A stretch of DNA of 64,000 nt, taken from the human T2T-CHM13v2.0 reference genome, Homo sapiens. Shown here piece after piece: positions 12,624 to 27,954 of this stretch. Every line of letters begins with the position of its first letter. Positions within the stretch are counted from its first letter, which is position 1. Location of the stretch: the NCBI RefSeq assembly GCF_009914755.1, contig NC_060928.1, one strand, 5' to 3'. The translations under genes were made by a program, and so were the position numbers. Under the pieces are notes generated by a model. The model did no database searches. It was not told the DNA's origin and worked only from the letters and a program-made list of their open reading frames with translations.

Positions 12624-13949
12624 GCCACAGGGCATGAATCTGCAGTAGGACAAGGTCATCCTATGCCAAGGCCAAAATGAGTATTTCCAAATTACTGTGC
12701 ATCCCACCTGTGAGCAATATGCTTCCTGACACACAGTGATAATGTAGGTAATAAGTCAATGTAATACATATTTTGAATCACAGTCCTTACTAAAGGGTTT
12801 TCTTTCTGTCTTTTCCAGGCATAAATGAGGCATGCATATGAACACACTAAATTGTATGCTTCTAAGAACCAAGAGGGGAGAAAAAAAATCTCAGTATCCT
12901 GGGGCAGAAATATGTGGAGTAGATGTGTACAAGTAATGCCTTAGTGCTGTCATCATCTGGAAGTTCTGGATTTTATTTCACCTAATTTGTCCCCTAATTT
13001 TTTTTTATGGATTATAATCCTAAGTATGGCTCTTACTTCACCTGTAAAAGTCAAAGACATATCTAATTTTTAAAATTTCTAAATCTGTCTGCTTTTTCCT
13101 TTTTCTGACTTTGGTCTTTGTCCTAAGTGCCAATGATTTTTGGATAAAAAATCCAATTATTTTCCTACTTTTACACTTGAGTTTCATGGGGGAAAAGTCA
13201 GCATTAATGGTCTGGTGATGAGTGCGAACAGATGAAGCCATCTAAGAAAAAGCTGTCGGTTATGTACTCCTGGGTGACTCTCTCAGAAGCAGACGTTCAA
13301 TGGCTGTGAGAGCAAAAGAACCAAGGGGCTGTGGGGGTGTCAGCGCTGCACTGATTTCAGTGCAAGACAAGGGTTTAGGTCCCGCATAACATCTTAACAG
13401 AAGACTACGGCGGGCGCCCCTTGGAAGGGTAGCTCAGCTATTGCTGATATGGAAGCAGTGTGGATTATTTGGTTAGGCAGAATAACCTTGAACATCTGCC
13501 AAGTCAAAACACAAGTCATAAAAACAAACACAAAGCTTTCCCTGGCTGCCCACTTGCTCTCTGCCTTTAAAATATTTCTTGCTTTTGTTAAAATTCACCT
13601 TCATCCTAGTAAAAGAGGAGGAAAAGAGTTGTGAACTGCAATTGTAAAGAAAAAACATCCAGTGATAACTACATTAAAATTTTTTTTTTACAAGAAAGTA
13701 TCCAGTAACAAATTGTTTCCCTCCTCCCTTCCTTCCACAGCTCCTCGTATATATATTTTTAAAAGCATTTAGACTTTGGCTTTTTATGAAAGGCATACAG
13801 TAAAAGTATCACAGTTCCAAAATTCCAAAGCAATTTCACAATCATAATGAAATGAGGGAGGAAATGGTTTTGTGAAGGTCTTAAAAACAATCACCCCACG
13901 TTGCTATGTGAAGCATCTTTATACATTATAAAGGGCTCGGCAAAAATTA

Positions 13950-14065
13950 GTTCATTCATTCAACAGGCACTCATCGAGCATCATTTATACACTAGGACCT
14001 ATGTAAGAAGCTAGGGATGAATAAGACACAGTCTGCCTGGTAGAGCTCACAACAGAGGGAGACAG
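13950..14065 (-). mobile_element. L2 3' end
   Basis: ttcattcattcaaca...gaataagacacagtctgcc...gagctcaca...gggagacag. Confidence 0.6.
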
Positions 14066-15659
14066 TTATTATTATTATTGATTATAATGTGGCTAGGCTT
14101 CTCCTGCCCTATTCCTACCTCCAGCCCCCAGGAACCTTGATTTTAATTCACAAAGCGCCATATTGTGGGGAGGAAAAAAAAAGAAAATGACCACAGTAAA
14201 TCCTGTAAAGGTGGCAGGTCTCTCCAGAAATAGAGCTAGACTGTGAGCTTAGACCTCCTTTAAACTAATGGCAAGGAAAGAAAAGAACACAGCAACATGC
14301 CTAACCCAGATGTACCAAACCCGACCACAACAAACAGCTAGAACTAAATGAGAGAAATTCAACGTTAATTGGGAGAGAAAATGATGGAGAGGACAAAAAT
14401 CAATTAAAAAGGAAGATGAAACCAACTGGAATAAAGTTAAACACATCTTTCCCTCCTTGTCTTTTTCCCCAGAATTGCCCCAGAGTGTCACCTGAAGAAA
14501 GACGTTACCTTCAGCTCCACTGGAGACTTTGAGGTTTCACAGACAAAGGGAGCCAAGTCTGGAGTGGATAACCCAATTTCCACATGTTTTGGTTTTAATT
14601 CAGATGAGCCAACTTGAATATCAAAAGTCAGGTTTTTTTTTCTCTGATGTGATTTTATGCCTGCTTAAAACCAGTGGCTAAGGAGAAAGGGCATATACAA
14701 TGAATCTAAAATCATTCAATTACCTTAAGTCAACCGGGAGGCTTATATTTACTGAAAATAGGCATTCAACTCCCATATTACAAAGACATGCAAATGACTC
14801 CCATGTTGCAAAATATTCTGGATAGTTTATTACTGCTCTCTGTTGTTGGAGGAGCAAGGAAAAAGGCTTGAGAGGCTGATCAGGAAAATACTACATTTGT
14901 CAGTTGGCAACAGCAGCAGGTTAACACAGCCTCTTGAATTAACAGCTCACAGGAAGAGAAAAAAACCAACTCCTCTTTGGAAGCAGATTCATGCTGCAAA
15001 ATTATCCAAGTTAATTTCCTTCAGTTAATTATGTCAGTTTCCTTATTAGCAAAGGGAGATGACCAAGTCTAGTCTCTATCTAACGACTCAGAATGATGAG
15101 GTTAGCTGGCCCCATCTCTATGTTTAAACCTAACGTTCAGACAGAGCCTCATAGAACCTCATGGGCAGAACTTGCCCTAACCAGTATTTAGTTCTGCTCT
15201 TAGTACTGTTTAACCAAGGATTCTCTCAGAAATGTCCGTGTAGGCTACGATTGAGATCTACTAATGGCTAAGTTACCACACTGCTTCATCTCAGAAACCT
15301 GTGTGTATGAATCCAAGGTACGAAAGCATCCAGTATCCCTTGTAAGTCTGGTGGCTAAGCAGCATTGGCGGGGGGGCGGGGATCCTCTGAACCCACTATA
15401 ACATGGCACCTTATATGGAGTGGGGGTTCACAGTGAACATGCCCTGACCTCCTCGTTATCTTAAGCAAAATTTTGGGGTGATGAGGGGTAGGGATGGGGA
15501 CAGGAATTCCTCCGGAATCACTCTGGAATCCGGGTCCAAGCCAGAGTAACCCTGCTAACACAGATGAACCAAATTTACTGCTACTCAGACTGGCCCCAAC
15601 CATTTATGCACTCCTCAACGTTATCAGCAAACAGCAAGCTTTTCTTGTGTGTGCATCCA

Positions 15660-15840
15660 TTAAATACCAGGCAAATTCAAGATCTTTTCTCTTAATTCCC
15701 ACATCAACCACGCAAGGTAGGTTAATAAACATCATTTACACAAATGAGGAAACTGGGGCTCAGGGAGATTAAACAAATTGCCCAAGGTCACACAGCTAGT
15801 GTGAGATTTGAATTCCAAAGCCTGTGCTTTTCTGTTACAA
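15660..15840 (-). mobile_element. MIR SINE
   Basis: catttacacaaatgaggaaactggggctcagggagattaaacaaattgcccaaggtcacacagctagt. Confidence 0.8.
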
Positions 15841-16689
15841 GCCTCACCACTTGTGAATAAAATGTGTTTCTCATTTCCAAACTATTCCACAGCCTGGCTC
15901 CTGAGATAGGAAAAAAAGGAAGGCATCCTCAGAACTGCTTTCTCCCCTCCATGATTGGCTGGCATATAAGAAGTTACTCTCTGAAACTGGATCTCCTATG
16001 AGGGCTGTTGTTCTTTCAGCCGTTCTCAGAACATTTCTGCTACTGAGTTACTGAGTTATAACTATACATTGGCCACTAACCCAATGCCAGCCTGATCCTG
16101 AAGAGAATGGTGTTGGTGACAGCAGGCCACCTGTGTGGGGTCATGGTAATGGCTAATCCTACTGGTGACCACTTTCCAGGGATATCACTACTGAAGCGCC
16201 GATATAAGGACACATTTCCCAGGAAACCAATCCTGCTCGTAAGCATGTATGCTGTGCTCCAGGTGGCCATGGCCTCAGCACTTAAAAGTCGAGAGGGCCA
16301 CCAACCATGGTTCTATTGCAAGAGTTGTAAAAATTTGCACTCGGCAGCCACTGCCTTCACCCAGGTCTTTCTATTTTTCTTTATTAATAGCTTTACGTTT
16401 CCTCTTATTCATAAGATAAGGCTAATATTGCCTAGTTCAGAAAAGGGTTGTAGGGGTTAAATAAGGTACATAAGCAAATGTATCCACCAATGGTACTTGA
16501 AGACTTTTTGTAACTTTCCTCTCCCATTAACAATTTTATAGTGACTTGCAGGGATTTTCAAGTGGGCGTTCTTTAACCTCCCGTACAATACCATAATAAA
16601 ATATAGAGATAATGCAGATATACATTTCTTAGATGACAGAACAAGGGTTCTGTGACATTGATAATGCTGAATTTTTAAACTGGAGGTTT

Positions 16690-16840
16690 ACATAAAAATG
16701 GATTTCCAGAGTTCTGAGAATGCTAGAAAACTGTATGCAGAATTTTGTGGGTATGTGTCTTTTTCAGGAAAGAAGGTCCAAAGCTTTTCTCAGATTCTCA
16801 GTGCGGCCCATGACTCTCCAAAAGTTCAAGAACCACTCTC
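16690..16840. mobile_element. hAT-Charlie-type MITE fragment
   Basis: ggtccaaagcttttctcagattctca...catgac...aaaagttcaagaaccact terminus. Confidence 0.5.
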
Positions 16841-17139
16841 CTGTAGGTTAGCAGTAGCAAGATTTGCTGGGCCTAGCTGTAAAGTCTTGCATTTAAGGCA
16901 GGAAAACCTGTCTCATAAGCAGTTTTGTTTTCCTTGAAGTTTGAAGCCGTGTGCTCTTGAAATTCTAGGTTGCATTAAATGTATGTATGTTCTCTGAGTC
17001 CAGGGAGACATAGTTATGCTCTGAACTGATGCCATCCAATAAGGTTGGCTTCCATTCTGAAATGATCACTCTCATCAGGTGGCAGGGCAGCAAGAGGGTA
17101 GTACCAGGGGAAAGAAGGCCCCAGAAACCATGCCAAGTG

Positions 17140-17535
17140 AAAAGGAGGCGAGGAAGCTGAGGATATTTTGCTAGAGAAAGAGGAGAGTTGAGGAGGGGGA
17201 ATGCCACAGCTCCTCTTGAAAAGGTAATGGTTTGCTATGTAGGAAGAGAATTAGATTTGATCTATGTAGCTCCAGAACATGGAACTAAGATCAATGGATG
17301 CAAGTAATGGGGAGAAAGAATTCAGCCTCTATATAAGGAGAAACTTTTAAAAAACGATTAGAGAGATTCAAAATAGAAAGGGCTGCCTTGTGAGGCTAAT
17401 GAGCTTCCTGTCCCTTGAAGTTTTCATACCAAGGCTGCATGTTCATCTGTCAGGGATTTGCAAAGGGGATTCTTTATTGGGTGGAAAGTAGGAGAAAATG
17501 ACCTCTATGATTCCTTCTAATTCCATGATCCGTCT
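17140..17535 (+). mobile_element. L3/CR1 LINE 3' end
   Basis: tatgtagctccagaac...aatggatgcaagt...gggctgccttgtgagg...tgagcttcctgtcccttgaag...aatgacctct...ccttctaatt. Confidence 0.7.
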
Positions 17536-17749
17536 ATTAAGGTTTTATATCTCTTATTAAAATTTATAGTCAAAGACCCATAGACATCTTCCTTTACTTT
17601 ACAGAATAGATACTTGAGGCGAGTCCCTTTATAAAGGGAATAATCAGACTTTCTCTTTAAGTTTTGATTTTTATGTATTTTGTTTTCTCAAAATGGGTCA
17701 CACCTATGTTCGGACGCTGTGTCTGTGTGGCCAGCACACACACCTTCCA

Positions 17750-18445
17750 TCTGTCACCTTTTCTGAGTCTCCCCTGCCTGCTCCCTGCCTGGACTCTTGC
17801 GCTATTGTTCCACTAGCCGTTTTTCCCATCTTACCCTTTCCAGTCTACTCTCCACCAGCATCCAGAGTCACTGTTGAAAAACATTCTTCAGAGTATGTCT
17901 TTCTGCCTCAAATCCTTATATAGACTCCCATTTCTCTGAAAGTCAAACTTGCCTAAGAGGCGCTGGATGGTCTGGTGTCTCCCAGCTCCTTCATACCCTT
18001 CTCCCCTTCACCACCACACTCCAGGTGGCCGCGCTGGCCTCTCCGAGGGCTCTTCCCCTCCTCTGCATCTGCACCGGTGCTTCTCTCCACGTGGAACACG
18101 CTTATCCCAGCTCCTTGCTGGGCTTATTGTCATCCTTCAGATTTCAGCTCACATCTCTCCCCAGAAAGGCTGTTCTGACCACCCTGGCTCAGTCAGCTGC
18201 ACCTCCCACTTGTACTTTATCGTGTCCTTCTGTTTTGTCTTTTTCACACCACTGATCACAATTTATAATCATTTTGTTTCTTCCTTTTTCCTTGGTATTG
18301 TCTTCTCCCATTTGAGTGTAAGCTCCTTGCAGACAAGGACCTAGTCTGTGTTGCTCACTAATGTGTCTGTCTCCAGTGTCTAGCAGAGATAAGCGCACGA
18401 CTGGTGGTCAGTACGTATCTTTGGAATGAAAGAATAAGTGATTAC
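17750..18445 (+). mobile_element. L2 LINE 3' part
   Basis: ctccaccagcatccagagt...tgtaagctccttgcagacaaggac...tccagtgtctagca...ggaatgaaagaat. Confidence 0.75.
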
Positions 18446-18809
18446 ATGAACATTTCTGTCCGGCATAGTAGGTGGGCTCTGGAGCTGAGTGTGACCTCAC
18501 TCCTTAGAATGTAAACAGGAATCGTTTCTTAATGCTCCCTCTGTTTACCTAGCAGAGTACCGCGCATACCTCAGGCCTGCAAGAGAAATTTGGATTGACC
18601 CCCAAGAAGCACACAAATGTAATTTAAAGCCAAATATTAGAGAAAAAACATCTTTTTCACTGGAGAAAGACATTATCCATGTCTCTTAGTTTCCTATATG
18701 CACAGTGGGGTTAAATCCTAAAGAGAAATACTACAGGTCCCCAAATCTAGGATAGTGTGTCTTTTTTCCTCTGAGGGCTCTCAGAAAAAATATTCTGGCA
18801 GTGAGGAAC

Positions 18810-18980
18810 AAGAGATGCTGGAATGAGTTACTGAGGAGGTGGTAGAATCTCCTTTTCTGGAGATCTTTAAAAATAGAACAGCCATCTGGGATGATTTAGA
18901 TATGGTCTTCATTGAAGAAGGGGGAGGAAGGGGGATGAAGGATCTCTCTAAGTCCCATCTCATCCTTGATTTTCTGATAT
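18810..18980 (+). mobile_element. CR1/L3-like fragment
   Basis: gaggtggtagaatctccttttctggagatctttaaaaataga...ccatctgggatg...taagtccc. Confidence 0.5.
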
Positions 18981-21900
18981 TTCACTTTAAAGTTTTATTC
19001 ATGGCAAATGCCTTAAAGGAGCTAGGATTCACTTTTTCTTTTTATCTCAAAGTTAAATCCCATTTTATTTTGAACTGTAATTCTGCTGAATCACTATCCT
19101 TCTCTCTTCAAATGGGCAATTTGGATGTCATAACTTTTTTATGTAGAAAGTTTGGATGGAACTTAACTTTCCTTCTTTCTTTCTTAGAAAGGAAAGCAAA
19201 GAGATGTAAGATGGACAAGTTCAGAGGTTGGGAATGACAGGCAGAAGTGAGAATCTCTGCGTGGATTCTGCTCCTGCCACTGAGAAGGACTGAGGGAGGC
19301 GAACAGCACATGGAAAAACAGGCCAAGACTTCATGGAATGTGGAACATCCCACAACAGGGACCTGGTGCAGCTGAACACAGGAGTTCAGCCCTAGAGGTC
19401 TAGTTTACTATTTATAACTATTGAGTCTTCATTTTTGTTTGTTCATTTGTTTTCATGGGATTAAGCTTGGTAAAGTCATGTAAATGACAAGAGGCAGACT
19501 TTTCTTCTATTTGGCTAGGAAATTACAGCAGTTCAGCTGTTTCCTCTCTTTGTTCTTATGACTCTTGCTTGATTTATCAAAGTTGCAGAGTCAAAAGAAT
19601 AATAGATTTTAATACACATCAGGCTGAATCTTACTATTTTTGCTATAGAGGCCATGCTGTAAAAAAGCCTTGTTAAATTTGTTTCTCAGCACTATTTGTA
19701 TGCCATAACTGTTTTTCTAACCTAAATAAACTTGGTTGCGATTATCAAATACATTTTATTTTTAAATGTTCATTACAAGCACTGTTGTTCATAACAAACT
19801 AATGACTAATGACTCTAGTTATTTTTTTTCCAAAGGGAACACAGATTTCAATGACATTCACTTTTTTTGCCTTTCTGTAAGTTAATGAATAATCCATATT
19901 TTAATGGAATATTGTGTTAAGTCAGAACAAAGTGTGACCAGAAAGGTCTTCACAAAACATGCTTGCAAACTGTGGCCCTGTCACTTTATATGATATTAAC
20001 CAAGGACACGTGCTTCTTCATTTGCTTACTGAGCCCAGGACTGGCTGTGTATCCACACCAGCAACACTTCTGTGGATGTGTGCAGGTGTGTCTGTGCACT
20101 GGTGCTAGAAGTGGAAGCCAAATGCCAAAATCCACAGAAAGAACATTCTAAGGTAGAAATAAGAACTCCCCAAAACAAAAAGGCAGAAAAAGAATATTCT
20201 CAAAGAACTTTACTATGAATTACATTAAGGGGCCTTTATAATACAACATGCACACACTGTTGTGTTTTGGTACATCCTGTTACATAACTGTTCACTAAAG
20301 TGGCCATCAACCACCTTTCATTAATGGAGGGCACACAGTTGTCCAGGGCAGACGGAGACATCTGATCCTTAATAGAGCAGAATTAAGTGTCTGCAGGGAG
20401 GCTGTAATTTCTACAGAGCATGGCTCCAACTTTTCCTCCCAGGAGGCCCCAGTCCCGGCACTGGAGTCCGCAGGATGACTGTCTGGGGTGAGTGACCTGC
20501 AGGAGCCCAGCTGGGGCCAGGGCTGCACACAGGGGGATTTAATCTCTGGGATAAAGACTGGTTTGGGCTCAGCTAGGTCAGATCTGGAGAATAGGCCCTT
20601 GCACACCACCTTCTCTCTGCTTTAGAATCTTCCCTTTGCTCCACTCACACCAACATGGGCAGGTGGGATCAGCTGAAAACGCAGTCTCACCAAATCCCAC
20701 TGGCTGAATCCTGCTTTCTTCTGCTCTCTTTCCTCCTCATTTTTCCCCCTCTCCTGTCCACCTTACTTGCTCTGGTACACTCCAGGAGCCTCCAGGAGCC
20801 CTGGACAAACTCAGTGGGCCAGTGGCACATTCTCTGGGAAATCGAGGTCTGAATCTGGAGCTAGCCTATCTACTGCCCCTGACACGAACTCCCAACTCAC
20901 ATCCAGACTCCAAGTGGCTTGTGCTTAACTTCCACGATTTTCCTTTCCAGCTTCTGGTCAGTTTCCTTCCCTCTCTATGGCTGGCTGGCACACGTGAAAT
21001 CTGGTCACTTTGTTATTTACAAACTATAGTTTTCAGTCTCATACCCTCTCCTGAGCTGCTCACTATCGCTCCTGTGGGGTTTTCTCACAGCCTTCTTTCA
21101 CAAATTCAACACCACCATTCCCTCAGTGCAAAACAAGCATAGAGAGCTTGCTGGGGCTTGCAGAAAGAGGGAGGGGGGCTGCTGCTTCCCAAAGCCCTTC
21201 CTCTGGCACTGCCAACGTTAACGCCGATCTGTGGGGAGACTGCAATTCTAACATAATGAGATATTAATGAGCTCTGCACATGTCCCTAGCCACAACACTT
21301 CTCTCTCCCCCTCACCACAAACCCCCTTCAGCAAATCTAAAGAGAATCAGCTCCTCCTCTGACACTACAATTCCTCCACTTTCCCTGGAGCCTGCCCTCT
21401 CCCACTGCAGCACCTGGGTTGCCCGCTCACCTTAAGCTGCCAGCACTACAGAGCACCAAATGGGCTGGCACTGCCTTGTTTCCTGGCCTAACGGATGCTT
21501 GTTTAAACACTGGAGCTGTTTGCATTGCTGCGGCTCACTGCATGTTAAACACAGTCCTCTGAAACCCTATGCCAATCCAATAAAGGTATCAGCAGTTCAG
21601 TGTGGGGAGGCAATTACTATATGGTCCCAAGTGTGCCTTCTAAGCTCTAGGAAGGAAAATTTGATCGAACAACTAAAAGGAAAATCTGATTCGGCTCAGC
21701 ATCACGTGGAGGACACAAGGCTTAACTGCAGCCAGGTCTGTGGAGGGCAGAGGGAAATCAATCCAGGAGCTAGGGAGAGCAAGTGCACATTGTTAAGAGG
21801 GCTTTAAGCCAGCCTGTTAGTAATACTGTCTCCTGCGTTTGGAAAGACACCCGCCTGTCCTCCCCCTTCTGCTCCCTTCAGCTTGCTTGCTTTTTAATTC

Positions 21901-23294
21901 CAAGGGGTATACTTATTTATTTGCTAATGACAAACTACCATCCTTCTTAACACCCTCCACCTTCTCACTCACCTTTAATTCCTTAAGCACTCATATTTAA
22001 AAAATGGCTTTTCTTGTGCAAGATCATTACCATATCAAAGGCGATGGAGAGAGACAGCAAAAATGATAGAGGGATAACATACAGGCAGAGAGAAGAAGGC
22101 AGGCCTGCTTCAGAGAGAACGGTGGGTCCCTAACCTCAAGCTAATGATACCAGTCGATAATGCAATGGATTGGTTTTCTGCCTTAGCTAAGTCTGAAAAA
22201 TCAGGGGAATTAGACATACGATTTACATTTATTTCTCACCCAAGAAGCAGAAGTTAGAAAAGTGAATCATTCCCTCTGTTTTTAAGTTCTGGATATGAAA
22301 AGATATGGAGCCTAGGGTTTCTTTTACTTCTCCTTCTTTTTCATTTCAAAATCAGCTCCAAAATGGCCCATCTTTCCCAAGGAAGAGTGAGAAAGCAGCA
22401 ATGTATGTGTCTGGCAACACAGAGAAATGCTACCCACAATGCTCACGTGGTGCCATCCATTCACCAGGAATTTTGCCAAATCCTTGTCTATTTCCTGAGG
22501 TTCCTGGCACAGGAGACACAGCCAAGATGGAGCAGAGGGCTGCTGTCAGCATTGGCCAGCAGTAGTGCCTATCTAATGGGTGTAAGGATAGAGCTGTTCC
22601 TTCAAAGGGTTTGAGGACAGAGTGCTTGCAGGGGTGCCGGGTAGATCTGAAATCTCACGGGATCCCCTGCACCCCAGTGCTCAGAAGGGGAGGGAGCTCT
22701 GCTCATGATAGGGTGCCAGAGGGATACGTAACACACTGAAAAGTATTCACTATAAAAGCACATTGACAGGGTCTCTAGACTAGCACATTTTGAGAGTCCC
22801 TGGAACAGTAGAGGGTCTGGCCTTGTACCCTAGACTTGACTTTGTATTTCTTACTGCACCAGCTTTAGAAAAACTCCAGCTCCCCACACCCCGGGATCCA
22901 GACGGTGGAAGCTCCACCAAGCAAACAGCAAGGCTTTACCAGCCCCACCCTGCAGTAGGGCACCACACTCTGCCCCCTTCCCTCTGTTACTGACTGGGAA
23001 CAGTCATGAGAGCTTGTAGAGGACTGTCATCTTCAATGCCCATAACTGTTGACATCAGGTGAGGCATTATGATTTTACATATATTATACATACACAATAT
23101 GTTTGGTTCTTGTGTTCTCCTTAGTTTCCTGACTTAACATTCATGGAACAGCCTCATTATCTCAGGCCTGGAAATATGGATAAGTGCATTATAAACCCCT
23201 TCTGAAAATTGATAAATGCCTTGCTCGTCTTGTATATTGGGAAGCAAAGTGTTCTACTTAAGTTTTGTATGTACATATTTTAAGGGGTAGTCTT

Positions 23295-23317
23295 TGTGTG
23301 TGTGTGTGTGTGTGTGT
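23295..23317. repeat. (TG)n microsatellite
   Basis: Read directly. Confidence 0.95.
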
Positions 23318-24899
23318 ACACCTTTTAATAAAAATGTAAAAACAATTTTTAAAGACTTTAAACCTCTGTGATCAAAAGCTTTCTAAAAATATTTGGATGT
23401 TTCCCTGCTTTATTAGAAGGTAGATAATTAACTTTTTTTGATAACTCATAGGGTCATAAGTTACTGACCTTATTGTTGGTTACAGATCTGCTGTTTGTCT
23501 AGGGGAAAAAAGCTAGTTACTTGATTACTGGCTACCCTTATTATGAAGGAAGAGAACGTTGCAAAAGATGATAGACCAATACATTTATGAGACTCCCTAT
23601 GACCCTGTTTTGATAGTACCTTGCTATATCTCCAGACTGTAAAGTCTGTAGGAATGTTAGATCTGTTCCTCAGTAAGACATGAACTCACTCCCATCTCCA
23701 CTCAGCAGAAACATTTTAATTTCTTTTCTCTTCCTAGTGTTTGACATATCACCACAGAATAAAAAAAGTGATACCAACGCCAAACTTCTTCAACCTATTA
23801 CTCTCTTTTCCTCTCCCCAGACATAGAAACTCACAAAATCCCTGTGCTTCTATAATGTCATTCTAATCCAGAGATAGTGGCTGAATTGTAATAAAATCAC
23901 AGAAGGAAATTCTATTCCAGTGATGGAGAAATGTGGTAAAAGATACTATTTTGTTAACAGCGATTCTGAGATGATCAGAGTAGAGGCAATCACAAATGGA
24001 CAGGGTATTCTTCTTTTAATTGCTTTTTTGTGTGTACATTAAGAAGGTATTTTACCCTCAAATATATAAAGAACTATCTCTGAAATCTTTACCTTTCATA
24101 TTATTTACATAAAACTTTTCCTCCCTTTTTCTAATTTGTAACACACGAAATGTTTTCTCCATGTTATTCTGTTATCTTGAATTATGTTATCCTGGATCAA
24201 GAAATAGCATTCTATCCTTCTCACCAACATGAAACAGAAGTCATATCCTATTGTACAATTGTTAAATGATTACTAAAATCATTGGAGTCAGGTATACTAA
24301 AGTGTACTTTCATCATCTGGCAGATTATATTGAATAACAAGCCAGAGGTTCCATTACTTCACTCCCAACTACTACTTCTCTCAAAGAGGGGTGGGTTTGC
24401 ACTTTGATATCCTACTTGCACACAGATGTAAAAATCTTTGTTCCCCTTAGGAAACTAGCATCTTATTATTCATCTACTACCTTCTCTGGGAAGAGCTTCC
24501 TTGATCTCATTTCAGTATTCATTTAGCTCATTACTTCCTGAGGATCAAAAATTACTAGAATGCTTCATGAGAAATAAAACCTGAGATTCCCAAATCTGCA
24601 TTACTGATGATGGAAAAACCCAAATTAACAACGGAAGGAACTCCGGTTCGGTGACCTTTCGCTAAACTTTTTTTTTTCAGTGTTTAGTAACACAGAGGCC
24701 TAATCAGCAAAACATGATTTCAGCTTCCTTTAGAAAAATGAGACCTTTAGAGCAAAAAGTGATTTGAGCACAAACTAAATTTTGGACCCCTAAGCAAAAC
24801 ATTTAGAGAGGTTCCTTTTTCATTAACCATCCCGAGAAATGACCTCAATCTGCAATGTGCAAGGGGTGGGAGAGAGGATTAGTGAGTCCCTGTACTCTT

Positions 24900-25205
24900 T
24901 TTGTTTGTTTGTTTGTTTGTTTTGAGATGGAGTCTCACTCTGTCGTGCAGGCTTGAGTGCAGTGGTGCAATCTCATCTCACTGCAACCTTTGCCTCCTGG
25001 ATTCAACCGTTTCTCCTGCCTCAGCCTCCTGAGTAGCTGAGATTACAGGCGCCCGCTACCACACCCAGCTAATTTTTGTATTTTTAGTAGAGATGGGGTT
25101 TCGTCATGTTGGCCAGGCTAGTCTCGAACTCCTGACCTCAGGCAATCCACCTGCCTTGGCCTCCCAAAGTGCTGGGATTACAGGCATGAGCCACTGGATC
25201 CGGCC
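24900..25205 (-). mobile_element. AluSx-like with (TTTG)n tail
   Basis: Full dimer; TSD agtccctgtactctt at 24885-24899 and 25208-25222. Confidence 0.92.
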
Positions 25206-25955
25206 CCAGTCCCTGTACTCTTGATAAGATAAAGTGGCCAAAAAAAACAAGGTGTTGTCCAAAAACTGAGAGTATAAAAATAAGGATGAGAGAATGATAG
25301 GAACTGGGGCTAGTGTGCCACCTTCACCCTCACCATTGATGACATCTAATTTCAGGTAGTCACAATTGCCTTTCTTTGGAAAGGGTGCCTGTCTGGTTAA
25401 GATCAAGTTGACAAGTGCTTTATTATAGTCTCTCTACTCTTCTGTACGTTTGAACATTTCTAAAATAAAAAGTTTTTTATAAAAAGTATGTTGACTGGTT
25501 CACTAGAAAAGAAGAATGCATAGAAGGCAAAGGAAGTGAAGGGTGTCAGTCCATTCACCTTGGGACTGAAAATCGTGAGCAATCTGCCAAGTCACAATGC
25601 AAGAAGAAAGAGGAGGACGGAGAAATGCCAGATGCAAGGAGGGCAGCCCACGGTCCTGCTCAAAGAACTTTTTAGGGTGATGGGAAGGTCCAGAAAAAGG
25701 AGGACATGCTGCTGGCTGCATCTTGCCCTCAACAGAGGATTCAGACAGAGCTGTATCAGCTTCAAAAACCAAACACCCATATACCGAGAAGGCATATGCT
25801 CTGTTTATTTGACCTGAAGGAAAAAGGATTTTGCTCACGCTGTCAGACCCATATATCTACAAACAAGTGGAAACAATAGATGTAAGGCATGGAAAGAAGT
25901 CATGTATAGAAAGAATAAAAAGAATATTTGACTGCTTGACTTTCTTTAAAGGTAG

Positions 25956-26329
<374 letters not shown>

Positions 26330-26354
26330 TTATGTAATTAATTAAAGCCTCTAA

Positions 26355-27880
<1,526 letters not shown>

Positions 27881-27954
27881 ACTACCCTCCTTTAACTTAG
27901 AAGATAGTTACATTTCATAATAAGCTCTAAACTCATTCATGGATTGATTTGGAA

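Noticed and set aside
12795-12940. Strong + strand acceptor ttttctttctgtcttttccag (similar ones at 1568 and 30730)
   Set aside because: No convincing paired donor; isolated acceptor-like tracts are common
17693-19237. ORFs of 76-132 aa
   Set aside because: They overlap L2 and CR1 remnants, and no domain is recognisable
20780-20801. Short tandem duplicates (tccaggagcc x2; also tggatctgtaa x2 near 28213-28248)
   Set aside because: Ordinary slippage microduplications
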